Shown piece by piece: positions 35,552-47,580 of a stretch of 51,891 nt of DNA (positions are counted from its first letter, which is position 1; each line of letters opens with the position of its first letter). The stretch lies in assembly GCF_025526975.1 (NCBI RefSeq), contig NW_026515671.1:1736001-1787891 (forward strand), in the 5' to 3' direction. The translations under genes were made by a program, and so were the position numbers. This DNA is from Fimicolochytrium jonesii. Lineage: Eukaryota. Below the pieces are notes generated by a model. It was not told the origin of the DNA. It made no database searches and was given only the letters and a program-made list of their open reading frames with translations.

Positions 35552-38017
35552 ATGAGCACCCAGACCCTCGCCTCCAACGACAAACTCGAGAGCCTAACGG
35601 CTAGTGTGCGCAACCTCGCGTCACGGTCGTTGAAGGATCCCCCGACCCGACGGACTAGACTCCCACTTTTGGTGCTGCTGGGCAGCCAGCTTGTGCTCTT
35701 GGTGTCGATTCTCGTCATTCCGGTAGGCACGTTCGCCCGTGGGCTACATCTCTGGAAAGCTACCTGTCCACCTGCAAATGCGGAGGACCAGGTTTACTGC
35801 TTTAGTGTGCCCTAATGATGTTGATGTTTTTATGTGCAATAGAGCAATATACTGTTCTTCCGTACGGCGCAGATCACCGTCGATGAGCTTTCTGAGCCGT
35901 TGTTGAGAGTAAGTTTTTCGCGAAATGGTGTTTTCTTGAATCCCTGGTCAGTTTTAGATCACGTTCGCATGAACCTGGGCTGACAGTTCATCGCTGGGCT
36001 CAGATCAGTTTCGATAAATACTTCCACGACTGGGATGAGTGGCTCGGTAGTTTCCAAAAGGTCAGCCTCGTCTTCACTCTCACCCTCATCGCAAACTCCC
36101 GAGCTCAGGTATCTCCCTTATCATCACATCCAGGTCGCCCAAGATGTAGGCCATCGGCTCACCACCGCCCAATTCCTCACAACAAGTTTCGACAACTTCA
36201 CGGACGCAATGGAGCCCGGCGGCTGGTTCGATACCGCCCGGCAAACCATGCTCTCGTACGGACAGGCTCTGTCGGCGTAAGTGGCTTTCCCGTTCGCATC
36301 GCAGTTTCCAATCCTTCCCGTCCTCTTTAGGACGAGGGTTCTTACCACCAGTTCATTCAGTGTCAGCTGCATTACGAACGCTAATATCAGTGGTATGTAT
36401 GTACCCGCACAGACATCGGCTGGTCAAAATCAAGCTTGCTTACTGACTGACATCTGTTGTTCCACCAAGGACGGGGAACGAACCTCTACAACGTGCCAAA
36501 TTCCACCGTCGCATCGGTCGTGATACACGCCGGCTCTGACTATGGCGAGAACTTCTACGATTACATGTTCCAGGATTATTCCACCAACGCCTCGTATGTC
36601 GACTATGCTCGATGTGAGTGCGGGATATCATTTATCCGATCCTTGGCGAATTCTAGCCATCTGACCAGCTCTACTTTGAATATACATATACAGTTCCGAA
36701 TGGGACGTTTGCGGACCCATTGATAATCACCCCGCTAGTCAATCAAACCCGCAACCCGGCCTACATGCAAATGTCCGATCCGGATCCATTGCCAAACGGG
36801 CAGGGCAAGTTCCGATACAATTGGTTCGGGTCTAGGTTTGGACCCGGGTATCTCTACTGGTATGAGGCGTCAGTCGGTCTCTTTACCTCAACGGGATGAT
36901 TGTTAATAGGAGTCGTGTGGCAGGTCATATACGATCAACTATTATTTCCCGCTCACATCCCCACGCCCCACCTATGTGTGCCAGGCTGGCGCAAACCCTG
37001 ACCGACCGCTCAAAGTGGTGATGCAAAGCAATAAGCCGAGTAACAACTCCCAAACCTTCGTCCTCGATCTCACCGCGAACGGGACGGTTATCGCCAATAG
37101 CGAGGCTCCTATTCAGTTCGGCGGGGAGTTTTGTGAGTGCCAGCTTGGCAGATCGCTCATGGGTTTCCACATCCCAGATAAGGCTGACGGATTCGTTGGC
37201 CCCTTGCAGACACATGGCACAACGCCCCCAACACCTCCACAACCCTCCTCGCCTCCTACCTCACCACCCATTCCGCGTTCACCTCACCCAATGTCACCGC
37301 CAAATTCGACAACGCCATCCTCGCCGACGGCTCCCACTGGTACATCCGCACCCGCCCGCTCCCCGTCGACACGGATATCACATGGGCGCTGGTGATTGCG
37401 ATCCCGCGGGGGGATTTCTTTGGGCGGATTGACACGGTGAAGCGAACAACGATTATCCTGGTGATTGTGATCACCGTTGTGAGCGTGTTGGGGATTACGC
37501 TGGGGATTTGGGTTACGGTGGTGGTGCCGTTGAGGAGGATGGCAAGGCAGATGAAGCAGGTAATGGTGCTGGCGAGGGTGGGGCGTACATGTGGTTGAGA
37601 TCAAACATCACTCACCAGTCTCCTTTCCGTTGATGGATGATGCCGTCACCTTTATCAGCTCTGCGAACTCAACTTCGCAGTCCTTGAAAAAGCCGAACTC
37701 GACCACCGTTCGCTGGTGCACGAAGTCAGCACCGTGCAACAGGTGTTTAATCTCATGGCCGGCGCATTGTAAGTATCCCCACTCCCTAACCCTTTGCTGT
37801 CAACCCCATCTCGTTCTCACTCCGTCTTCCTAGCGCCGGCGGCCTCCGAGCCAATGCAGCCCTCTCCCGGCCGCAGAACTTCCAGCAGCGCGGAGTAGTG
37901 CCGTCCGCCGTGCCAAAGAAGGCGACAAAGACGGCCGGCTTGCGAGGGAGTGGTTATGGGCAAGATGAGATGGAACAGAAGGTTAAGGGGACTTGTGAGA
38001 TATTAGAGCATGATTGA
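35552..38017 (+). CDS. Membrane receptor-like protein: TM - extracellular (Cache-like) sensor - TM - HAMP, no output domain; multi-exon
   Basis: N-terminal RLPLLVLLGSQLVLLV TM; WALVIAIPRGDFFGRI; second TM; VVPLRRMARQMKQ|LCELNF...SLVHEVSTVQQVFNLMAGAF; short tail to TGA 38015-38017. Confidence 0.75.
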
Positions 38018-38487
38018 TGGAGTTTTACGGGCTGTGCGGGATCGTTGGCTCTACAAAGATTGATATGACTTGTTTGCAGAGCGATTTTTGGTTGCGGTGA
38101 ACCCCCTATTCCTGTGACAAGCTTGATGGAACTGCACCTTGTACTGTACCTTTTTCATATGACTTGTGAAAATACGTTTCTGTTGCCCTCTTTGATTGTA
38201 GCTTGAAGTCTTCCGATGTTGGCGCATCACGCGTCTGCATCCCCACACATCTCTCCACACAGTGCTTTTTCGGAACACAGTGATTAGTTGGGGGAGTGGA
38301 GAGTGGATATGGGCCCGGGGGAAACTACGGGAAGCGAGCCTGTGTGCATTCGGCTGCAAGAACCAACTCTTGCCGACTTCCTTGAAAGTCCGGTGCGGAA
38401 ATCGAACCAAGTCTCACGGCTCACACCCCTCAAACCGCTCAACGGGCAACTTTCAAATTCCAACAAGCGAAACATTGGAGCAAAAGA

Positions 38488-38982
38488 ATGGGCTCAGGGC
38501 AAAGCACCACCGGCCGCGGCCTACCCGCACCCTTCAACTTCACCGGCCCCGTCAACACCACTCCCTACAACGCCGGCGGCGCCCCTTCAACCAGCGCTCC
38601 CCCCGCCTATCCTCCTCGAGACGGCGACGGTCCTCCTCCACCAACCGCACCTACTGGCTACCCTCCAGGTGGGACAGGCGCTCCAGCACCTTTTCCCGGC
38701 CCGTCGACCTACACCTCGGCGCTTCAACCCGACGTGCACACAGCGTACTACGACCCCGCCTACAATGCGCCACGCGGGTGCTGTGGAATGCCTGTCTCGT
38801 TCTGGCTGTTTGCCCTCGGCATCATCTTTCCGATCTTCTGGTTGTGCGGGTTGTGTTGTTTGTTTAGTCGGAATCCGTACGAACGCGTTTGGGCAAAGGC
38901 GATTTTGTTTTCGCTGATGATCTATGCGATTGTGGGATTGGTGTTGGGGATTCTGGGCGGATTGGGGTGGGGGAGGGGCTAG
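38488..38982 (+). CDS. Small Pro-rich, Cys-rich two-TM membrane protein, probably N-myristoylated
   Basis: MGSGQS N-terminus, PPAYPP repeats, GCCG and CGLCC flanking hydrophobic segments. Confidence 0.75.
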   Translation: MGSGQSTTGRGLPAPFNFTGPVNTTPYNAGGAPSTSAPPAYPPRDGDGPPPPTAPTGYPPGGTGAPAPFPGPSTYTSALQPDVHTAYYDPAYNAPRGCCGMPVSFWLFALGIIFPIFWLCGLCCLFSRNPYERVWAKAILFSLMIYAIVGLVLGILGGLGWGRG

Positions 38983-39391
38983 TGGTGCGATGGAATGGCG
39001 GCACGGGTACGAAGTGGTTGTCTTCTCTTATACAAGGGGATATATACGCCGCCTTCGACATCGGTCTTGCTAGGTTAGGAATAAAATCAAAAAATCTGTT
39101 CCAAAAACTTTCGGACGGGTTCTGCTGTCAGTACGGAGAGCCTGGCGGCTTCGTAAGAGTCTCCAGTAGTCGTCCCGGTCGTCTGTCTCCGTTTCTCTGT
39201 ACGGGATCACTTAGTCTTCCTTTTCCGAAGACGCTTGCGATGGCTGCTTGAGCGAAGGGGAAGAAGCTGTCAGACAGCGACGCGGCGCCGAGTGCTCGGT
39301 ACGTAGCATCTGGTTGTCCTCCTCCTCCTACTTCCCAACTCCTCAGGCGCTTGCCCAAAGGAGTCTTTTTCTCGCCGTCTGCATCGGGAGA

Positions 39392-40441
39392 ATGCCGAAC
39401 TTACCACTCGAACTCATTCTCAGAGTCGTTGAGGTGCTCTCAGAAGTCACGCCCGACACTGGGGCACAACACCCTCCTGTTGCCCTACAACGAGCGCACC
39501 CCATCACCAAAACGCTCCTCAACCTCGCCACTGTCTCGCGATCTGTCAACCCAACAGCCACAAGGCTCTTGTACGCGAAGTGCCTGTATATCGACACTCG
39601 TTCTCGTCTTGAGTCTCTCCTGAACGCTCTCGATGCCGCCGACCCCGCTGTGGTGCAGCACGGGCAGAAATCGTCAGAGGGCGTGGGCTGGGTCAATATC
39701 GACAAACGCCGCCTCCTGTCACTGTACTTGTCTCCCTTCAAGGAAAACATCGATGATGGGCCTACAATGTCCAAACTTGTCAGCCTGTTCCGTCACATAG
39801 GCCCACTTCTAAAACGTTTGGTTATAGACATGCCCCTTCGGAGCCTGTATCCCGAGGACGATTCGCAAGGGGTTCGGAAACTTCTTCATGACGCCTTTCT
39901 CTCTTTGGAGAGCTTAGAGGAGCTCACTAGTGCCCGCGACGAACTATATGTGTACGCCAATTCCTTACGCCATGGGCAGTCAGAAAGAGACCTTGTCTGG
40001 ACTCGCTGGCCCCTGAAGCGATTAGCGCTGTACAACGTGAACGCGGACGAAGGCTTTTGGCGAGCGGTGGCATCTTTACCCGAACTCGAGACGGTAGTAT
40101 TAGCGCGGCCTGATGGTCTGGACACGCTAGACGGTCCAATCGAGTTCCCGTCGACACTCCGTTCCCCGCGCCGAATTGTCCTCGCCGATGCTTCGCTGCC
40201 ACCGCGGCTGACATCGCCAACATGGATCAACTCGGTTTTCGATCGGGGCGGTGTGGTGTGCCAAACACACATTGCTGCTAAACCTGCGGTTTCGAGCAAC
40301 GAAAGCGACGGTAACGGCGACGACGGCGACGAGGACGACGTCATTGGTCGTTCTCAAGAATGGCTTAGGGATCAAGCTATCAGTGGAGGCCTGTGGACCA
40401 TTGGCGGACCCATGATCCGCCAGGACCTCGTCGGGGCGTGA
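39392..40441 (+). CDS. Intronless F-box-like protein
   Basis: MPNLPLELILRVVEVL...LLNLATVSRS; LRR-like LKRLVIDMP, LESLEEL, LKRLALYN. Confidence 0.7.
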   Translation: MPNLPLELILRVVEVLSEVTPDTGAQHPPVALQRAHPITKTLLNLATVSRSVNPTATRLLYAKCLYIDTRSRLESLLNALDAADPAVVQHGQKSSEGVGWVNIDKRRLLSLYLSPFKENIDDGPTMSKLVSLFRHIGPLLKRLVIDMPLRSLYPEDDSQGVRKLLHDAFLSLESLEELTSARDELYVYANSLRHGQSERDLVWTRWPLKRLALYNVNADEGFWRAVASLPELETVVLARPDGLDTLDGPIEFPSTLRSPRRIVLADASLPPRLTSPTWINSVFDRGGVVCQTHIAAKPAVSSNESDGNGDDGDEDDVIGRSQEWLRDQAISGGLWTIGGPMIRQDLVGA

Positions 40442-41681
40442 TAGACAGCTTGATTTGGCCCCAAGTATCAGTGGTTTTGAGAAAATGAGAGGAAGCGCGT
40501 TGATGTGCTATTGCACATCTGCAAGGGTAGCTTGGAGAAGCAAGATCAATCCTTCCGTATTCATAATCTCTTTCGCATTCGAGTGTAAACTGTCTGGTTC
40601 GCCGGATAGAAATCAGCATTTCGGGCTGGTATATACGATGGATAGGAAGATCCAGATGGACAAGAGTGTCAAGAAAGGGGAAGATGTGGTATAGAGGGAG
40701 GGGAGTGGCTCGGCGTAGATGTAGTGGTACAGGAAAGGGATGCACGGTACAGTAGAGGACACTTGACAAGATATACTCGGCACCCTATGAGTATCCGCTA
40801 CCACTGCAAATTTCTCACATATATCTTTTCCTCTTTGCAACCAACAGATTCGGAATGCCATTCATGTGCCAACCTTCCGTGCTATCATGATAGCGGTCCT
40901 CGCCGCTCTACGTGCCAAACCTGATCGCCTCGTCGAAACCGTCAACCTTTTTACCTTGGCTCCTCCCATGGACGTGCTTAGAGTTTCCGGGGATCTGCAG
41001 GGGAATCGCGGACGGGCCCTGGCCAGGCAAGCGTACGACGAAATGTGCAAGAGATGTCAGGCTACGTGGGAAACCATCACCCAGGGAGCCAGGCCTGGGT
41101 ATCTCCTTGAACGGAACCTTGTGTTATACCATCGTACGAAAACCTGGATTGACCGCCTTCGAGAGAGGATCCGCACGTTACGACTGTATCAGGCATCAAA
41201 TCACGCACGACATGCCTTGCCGAAGTGCAGGTTGATGCCATCATAGCTATGGTGACAAGTCGTCTGATGATGTCGTTGCAGTGGAGAGGATGGGCAGCTT
41301 GGCTTTAGCAATGGCTTATAGACTTCTGGCGTATGGTCACTTTCTTTTATATTTTCACTTCTTTTGTATTCTGTATGGTTTTGGATTTCCATCCTTCTGT
41401 ATTCTGTATTCCGCCTTTATTTTGCATTTATTGCTTTCAATGACGTTCTCCTACATCAATGTATTATCTCCGACGAACTTCCGTAGGCCCAGGTCATGGG
41501 GATGACCTTCTCCACATATTTCTGAGAAGCCAAAAGGCTGCGAAAGGACGGTTGACTCTGACGGGTGGAGCAGCTTTATGGACCCAGACTGTGTGTCTGT
41601 AGGGTACAGATTGTATGACAAGGACAAAGCACAGTTATGAACAGACGGGCAGAAGGAGCGAAGCGATGTCTCCATCAGCGA

Positions 41682-41724
41682 TAGGGTTATGGTAAGGTTA
41701 GGGTTTATAACCCTAAGTTAGGGT
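41682..41724. repeat. Degenerate telomere-like repeats including a perfect inverted pair TTAGGGTT-TAT-AACCCTAA (41698-41716)
   Basis: Directly visible. Confidence 0.7.
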
Positions 41725-42083
41725 ATGGACCCGAGAAGCAGCCGTGAAAGCGTTATCATTTCTAGTACCAAAAGGATTGCCAAGGACTAGTTGGAACAAG
41801 GAAATTCGTGTCATTCAGATGATTATCAACGCAAGGTCATGAGTTCTCATCGCTAGGAAGAGGGAGTCGCTCTTCGTCCGGGTTGTACTGGTGCGCTGAC
41901 CAGTCCAGGAAATCGAATGAATCCGGTCGATGCAAAGGTGCGAGTCTACTGCGTTATTTCGCGATGCAGTCAATGCTTTTTGAAGCAAGCCATGCCAGTT
42001 GAAGATAATGCGAACGAAACCATGGGAAGATTGTAAAGAGGTCAGTCTTTACCAGCCAGCATCGATGAGGGTTCGCAGGACAG

Positions 42084-44108
42084 TCACTTCGACAACGACT
42101 TGTGTTTGCTGTCAGATTTTGGTGTTGCCGTTGTCGTACTTTTCATTAAGTTCCTGTTGTCTTGTATGGCTGAGGCAAATTTTGTCAACATTGTCTTGAA
42201 GACGGCTTTACATCGGGCGATCTCCGCGGGTTCAAAGATGCTGGAATGGGTCAAAAATGTGGACGAGCTGTTGCAAAGAATCATACCACAGGAAGCTTAT
42301 ATGAGCCTTTGGATCATCCGAGATACATCTCGTAAAGGTTGCGAGGAGGCTGACCCACCGTGCTGCAGAAAAATCGAACATTGTAGCTTGCTCCATGATG
42401 GTGGATAGGCGCCGGATCGGGATCACCAGAGCGTACGAAAGCGCGAAGGATGCTAATGCGAGTCCGATGCTCGCTCCGACGACTCCGAAAATGATTTTAG
42501 TTCGCGCTTTATCTAAGCTAGCAGTGAAGTCGCTACGGGGAAGAGCCAAAACTATTCAGGGTTTTTAGCCTAGTAGGATCTGTCCATCGATATCAAGAAG
42601 CGTACTTGCCTAATAGCCATTGCAATCCATAGATATCCTTCACCCACTTGGATTGCATCAGTACTATGCCTCGCTTATCATCCGTGAATGTCGTTCTGAC
42701 ATCAGCTGGCAGTGAGAGGTACGAAGTCCCATCGCCGGTCATCTCCAGAAGGACTTGTGCGGAAGCTCGGATGAGTGCGTCCGTCGTATTGTTAGCTTTG
42801 GCCCTTTCAACGGAACCCACTGCGCGAACAGTGTTCGGAACATTTGCAGCAACCATTGTTCCATCGCTCTCCCTGAAGAACAGAACGCTTAGAAAGTGTT
42901 GGTACAATTGCAGAAGATACGCTTCGTGACTTGCCAGAGTGCAATAACGGCATTGGGGCTGATGTGGATGTTGCGAAGCATCGGCTCAAGAGATGCAGTC
43001 GATAAGGAGATCTGGATAGAGCCGATATCCGCGCTTCCAATGACGGCATTCCCGATCTGAGCATTGCGCCAGATACGCCAATTGAATCCATAATTGATCT
43101 GGTCGTCAACCCTAGCAGGCTCCCATGTGCCAAGGCTGATATTTGTAGTGGCTTTCGGCCTTGTCGCGGGATCCTGGAAGATAAATACTGAAGTTCATTA
43201 GAGACGCGGTGTCGAATTCCGTCGTCGCCTTGTTCCGCAACTCTTTCACGCGAAACAGCGATAATATCATTTTAAGAAGCGACCCGCCTAAACACACACG
43301 CACCGGGGGAGTTCCTGGTCCACCGTAGGCAGTGAATGTCGTGGGCCCCACAACAGGTAGCCTGCCTTCCGGGTCTGGCCTTGTGAGAAGTTCCATCCCG
43401 AATGTATAGTTTGTACTGGAATCTTGAATCATCGCAATTCCTGCCTGAGCAGCCTGTAGCATTAGAGATCCGTCAGCGCAGACGACGCCTGCGAGTCCGA
43501 TAGAAGGATTGCTGATAGTTGAAAACCATATTTCTGACATCCTACAGCACGTAGTGTGAGAAGAAATCAGGTGGTGTGTCCATCTCATTTGACCTACGTA
43601 CGCATCAGGATATTCAGCTAAGAAATTCGGATGCGTTTGGAATGGAAGGGATTCGACGGCGGTGAGCATGGATCTGATTACGCGGCTAGAGCCCAGGGTG
43701 GAGGCGAGCCTTGGGGCAGCCGCGATCATAGCCATAACTGACTCATATGCTCGCGCAATGGCATCATCACGCAAAACCGAAGTAACTTGGGGCGAGGAAT
43801 GGCAATCAATCTCAGCAATGCTGAGGGAGTAAGGAGTAGGGCACGCACTTACTGTCATCTACGGTATCATTGGCGCCTTTGAATGAAATGGCGGTGATGA
43901 TTGCACAAATCACACCGACAATGATGACAGTGACGGCTTTGCGCCAAAGAGGTGGTGAGCGCCAAATCTGTGGTCTGCGAAAAGTCCAACACGTACCGAC
44001 GAAGTAAACTAGCAATGGGATTCGCGTGGAAGCTTCGGCTCCCCGCTTTGAAATGGCTGCTTCGGTATCCATTCCGTTGCTCGTCATATACTGTATTGAT
44101 TTACGCAA
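42084..44108 (-). CDS. Second TM - Cache-like sensor - TM - HAMP receptor-like protein, no output domain; multi-exon
   Basis: RIPLLVYFV TM; DGTMVA; GLQWLL|VLALPRSDFTASL; second TM; VIPIRRLSTIMEQATMFDFS...EIARCKAVFKTMLTKFASAIQDNR; start exon uncertain (possibly up to 44310). Confidence 0.75.
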
Positions 44109-45237
44109 AGATTCTGCCGTCCTGCGAACGATAGCTTACAAAGTGACGAAGGAAGGGCAGCACGAACGAGGGTGAGCTCTCCGAAGGCGAGAAAGATGAA
44201 GAAGGGATCGTGGTTGGGGAGCTTCCAGCAGGCTTGTCATTTCCAACATTGGCGCAGCCAGAACCAGCCGAGCACCATCCAAAATTACCGGGATTGAACA
44301 GCAAGGTCATTCCAGAACCGGGATTTCACCATATTGAGTTCGTCTTAAACCTAGTGGTGCTGACAATCCCGTGATATGGATATTAACCACGAACATAAAA
44401 CAATAGATCGCGCCACAACGCCAGGCTTTTCCTGACACCACTGGCAGTAAAAGCATCACGATCTCTCGTAGTTCCTACAAGGATATTCCGAGAAATCTGC
44501 GGATGGTTGAGCATCGCAGAAATGTACATCCCTACGCACGGTGCCGACGTGACGAACTCGCGCGTCCATGAAATGACGGCCAACTCCTGTCAGGGAACAC
44601 TTGATTTAGCTTGGTCGTTTATGCACCATGCTTCTTGGTCCGCTTCGCCGACGCCTTGCCAAAAAGAACAGGAACAGGAAGAAGAGTGGTAACGGCAACG
44701 GCGGCAAGAAGAAGCAAACTGCGCGCAAGACAGTGAAGCCAAGCGCACCGAAGCCCACTGTATATGTAAACTAGCTGTGCCACCGCCAGGCCCGTCGAAC
44801 CCGACTACGCGCACGACGCGCGCATCTTCTCGATGTCCACCTCACGCGTAAGAGAAGCGTTGCGTGTGGTGACGGAGATTGCGAATTGAGTACCACAAGG
44901 ACAACCACAAAAACCCTGCGAAACACCTAACGAAGGTGCAGGAGAGGTACACGAGGTCGAAGAAGAAGAAGGGGTCGTTTGAGGCGTTGATGGATAGAGC
45001 AGAGGTACGTCGGGGCGGAAACTTGGACGATAATGGGCCCTTCCGAGAGGACCCGGACATGTGGAGATGTACGCCCACGACAGGAAAATCATGTTTCGCG
45101 GAGCTGGCGGTCCATAGCAATAAATTGGGCTGGAAAGCTTTTTGGGCCCCTCGTTCATCTGTCGCGGAATCTTCTCAACAACCTCAACAACTAAATTGGC
45201 AACAATCTCAACAACTTCGAACTTCCGCAGAGCAAAC

Positions 45238-46432
45238 ATGGCGGTACCACCTTCGAAGACAAACTTGGTTGAATCGGACGTCCATCAGATCGTCATTTGC
45301 AAAGGCAACCAGAAGAGTAAATGGCAACCTCCGAGCGCGGTCGATAAAGGCAAGGTAGTGCTTCTGAAAGGTGGAGAGGGCACGGTCGACCTCGTCACCG
45401 ACGGCACCGACGTTGCCGCGCGCAAGTCGTACTCGCAAGTGCAATACACCCCAAAAGGTGACGCAGTTGTCAAGGTCGAGATGGAAATCTATCGAACGCT
45501 GTCCGACGATCCTTTTGTGTGCAAGCTCCTCGGTGCCATTCAAGGCAAAGACCGCAAGGGCAAAGTGCGCCTCGAAATCTACCTGCAACCATGGTGCAAC
45601 GATTCCCTGGTGGACATCATGCATGGTGATACGTCCGCTGGTTTTCAGGACGGGTCAGCAGCAGCAAGTTGCCCAGGTCTTGCTGTGGATGTTGGAGTGC
45701 TCCCGAACGCTCTATCTCCTCCACGCCAGGGTCCCACCGATCATTCACCACGACATCAAGGCCCAGAACATCATGATTCACCCGGAGAGGAAGCATACCC
45801 TGCTAGTTGATTTCGGCATTGCTCGAGTTTGCTCCGACGGGACGACCGCAATCTGCAACGATAGAGGGTTGGAATACGCTTCTCCGGAGCAGCGGAAGCA
45901 TGGCATCACGAATCGGAAGTCGTCCTGGCCGAACTCCTCACGGTCCGGGCGGGGCACAAAGTGGCTGAGTTTCGCAGGTGGAGGAAGTTGAAGATGCGAG
46001 TTGGTGCGGATGGAACTGCGCAGAAGCCGGAGAAGCGCCCTGGAAGCGCCCCCGCTTCATGAATTCAGCGACGAGTCGACGACGCGAGCTCCGCGGACCC
46101 CTCTTTCGCTGGAAATCTCGACTACGTGCGCGACCTACCGCTTCCAAGGCTCGGTGCTTGTGAAGGCGCTTGCGAGCTTGGTACTGTGCTTGAACAAACA
46201 CCCAGTCAATAGGTTGACGGCCAAAGAAGCATATATTCAGCTACGGGCTCTCATCCTCAAAGGTGCCCTCCCCCACCCAAGTCCCCGGAATCTTCCCAAA
46301 AGAACTTGGACTAGTCCAGCGACAGTTCCGACGACGAAGATGAGGCAAGCTGGTTCAAGCCTTCCACCAGGTCGTTGGAGTAGTTGGACCTCCGAGTTAC
46401 CGAATCAGCGAAACCGGAAGAGGAAGGAGTAG
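45238..46432 (+). pseudogene. Ser/Thr protein kinase, frameshifted
   Basis: KGGEGTV, AARK, EMEIY, IIHHDIKAQNIM, LVDFGIA, YASPEQ, PVNRLTAKE split over three frames; subdomain IX DxxSxG missing. Confidence 0.8.
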
Positions 46433-46989
46433 AGGAAGTTGGCGGGAACTAGGGTCAAGTCAAGTCCGGTATGCAGCGTGGAAGCAGACTGCGTACGAAT
46501 ATACACCGCTGGTATGTCGGATGCGGGAGTCGCTACGGCTGCAAGGAAGAGCGGGAGATGGTTAGTTCTGAAAAGGTCAGGTTCAGGGTCAGATTCCTAT
46601 CCTAGTTAGGCGCTGGACGACTAGACCGAAGAATTCATCGACCTGTAAATGTTGCATACGACGCCCCAGATCCTGATCCTCAGTCGAGCCGGTGTTTTTT
46701 CCTCTGCGGGTTGCCGACGTTCAGGGGCGACAATACCTACCAGCGTTCGGGCTGAGAATATGCGGCCAACATCGGCTCGCGCGCCGGTTTCTCAGACTTC
46801 ATGCGACGTATGGCGGAATTCAGGATGCGTGTGCAAGCGCCGACGCCCACCGCCTTTCACCAAAATTTTCAAAAAAAGTAATATGCTGACCTATGCTATA
46901 TCCGCACAGGTGGCGGTCATTTTAAGCGGTAAACAAAGTGAATGGATAAGGCCAGAAATTCTTGCGGAGAACGACGCATCTGCAAAACG

Positions 46990-47043
46990 TCTAGACTGCC
47001 ATCTACATCTAAACTGCCATCTACATCTAGACTGCCATCTACA
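46990..47043. repeat. 18-bp tandem repeat x3 (tctaRactgccatctaca)
   Basis: Directly visible. Confidence 0.9.
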
Positions 47044-47303
47044 CCGTTATGTAGAAATCAATCTACAAAGTTTTTTGTAGCTGCCCCATCGGCGCATCCG
47101 CGAACACAACCAGCACCGATTTGTTATCAACCCTCACTTCGAGGTCGACAACCGGACCATTTCAAGGGTGTGCTCCAGCTTGCAGGGACTTTAGTAGTCT
47201 CCACATTAAACATCTTGATTTTCTACGCAGCATTCGGTGCAAAGGAACATAAAGGCTCCGTCCTCGGAAAAGCTGTGCTGCGGATGGGAAGCTTTGAGAT
47301 GGT

Positions 47304-47580
47304 TCAGTGAAGGTTGGCCAACATATTCTCGACCTGGGCAAGCTCGCTTTGAATCTTGGCGGGGGTAGCTTCGTGCGCCATGCCAAAGTCGATGAGAACG
47401 ACCGGGCGCGCAGAGAGGCCAGTGATAATGATGTTGCGCGATGCGATATCGCCATGAATAACTCCCGCTTGGTGTAGTGACATGTAGGCTGCCCGTACAT
47501 GATCGAATAGTGAGCGATCCGCGGCAGATATATGCCGCCCCTCGACAAACTCCGTTCCAATAATGGCGATCTCCCCCCCT
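47304..47580 (-). pseudogene. C-terminal fragment of a fungal accessory kinase-like protein, cut by an LTR insertion at 47581
   Basis: Frame not in the ORF track: IIGTEFVEG...SLHQAGVIHGDIASRNIII...VVLIDFGMA...ELAQVENMLANLH*. Confidence 0.75.

Noticed and set aside
40455..41420. Possible 3' end of a LINE (W...ERN motif followed by a T-rich tail)
   Set aside because: No RT or zinc-finger motif and no clear poly-A or TSD; too weak to call
46648..46705. TGTTGCATACG resembling the Fanzor left end
   Set aside because: Only a short match; no CATA, no CGGAAAC inner motif and no right end nearby
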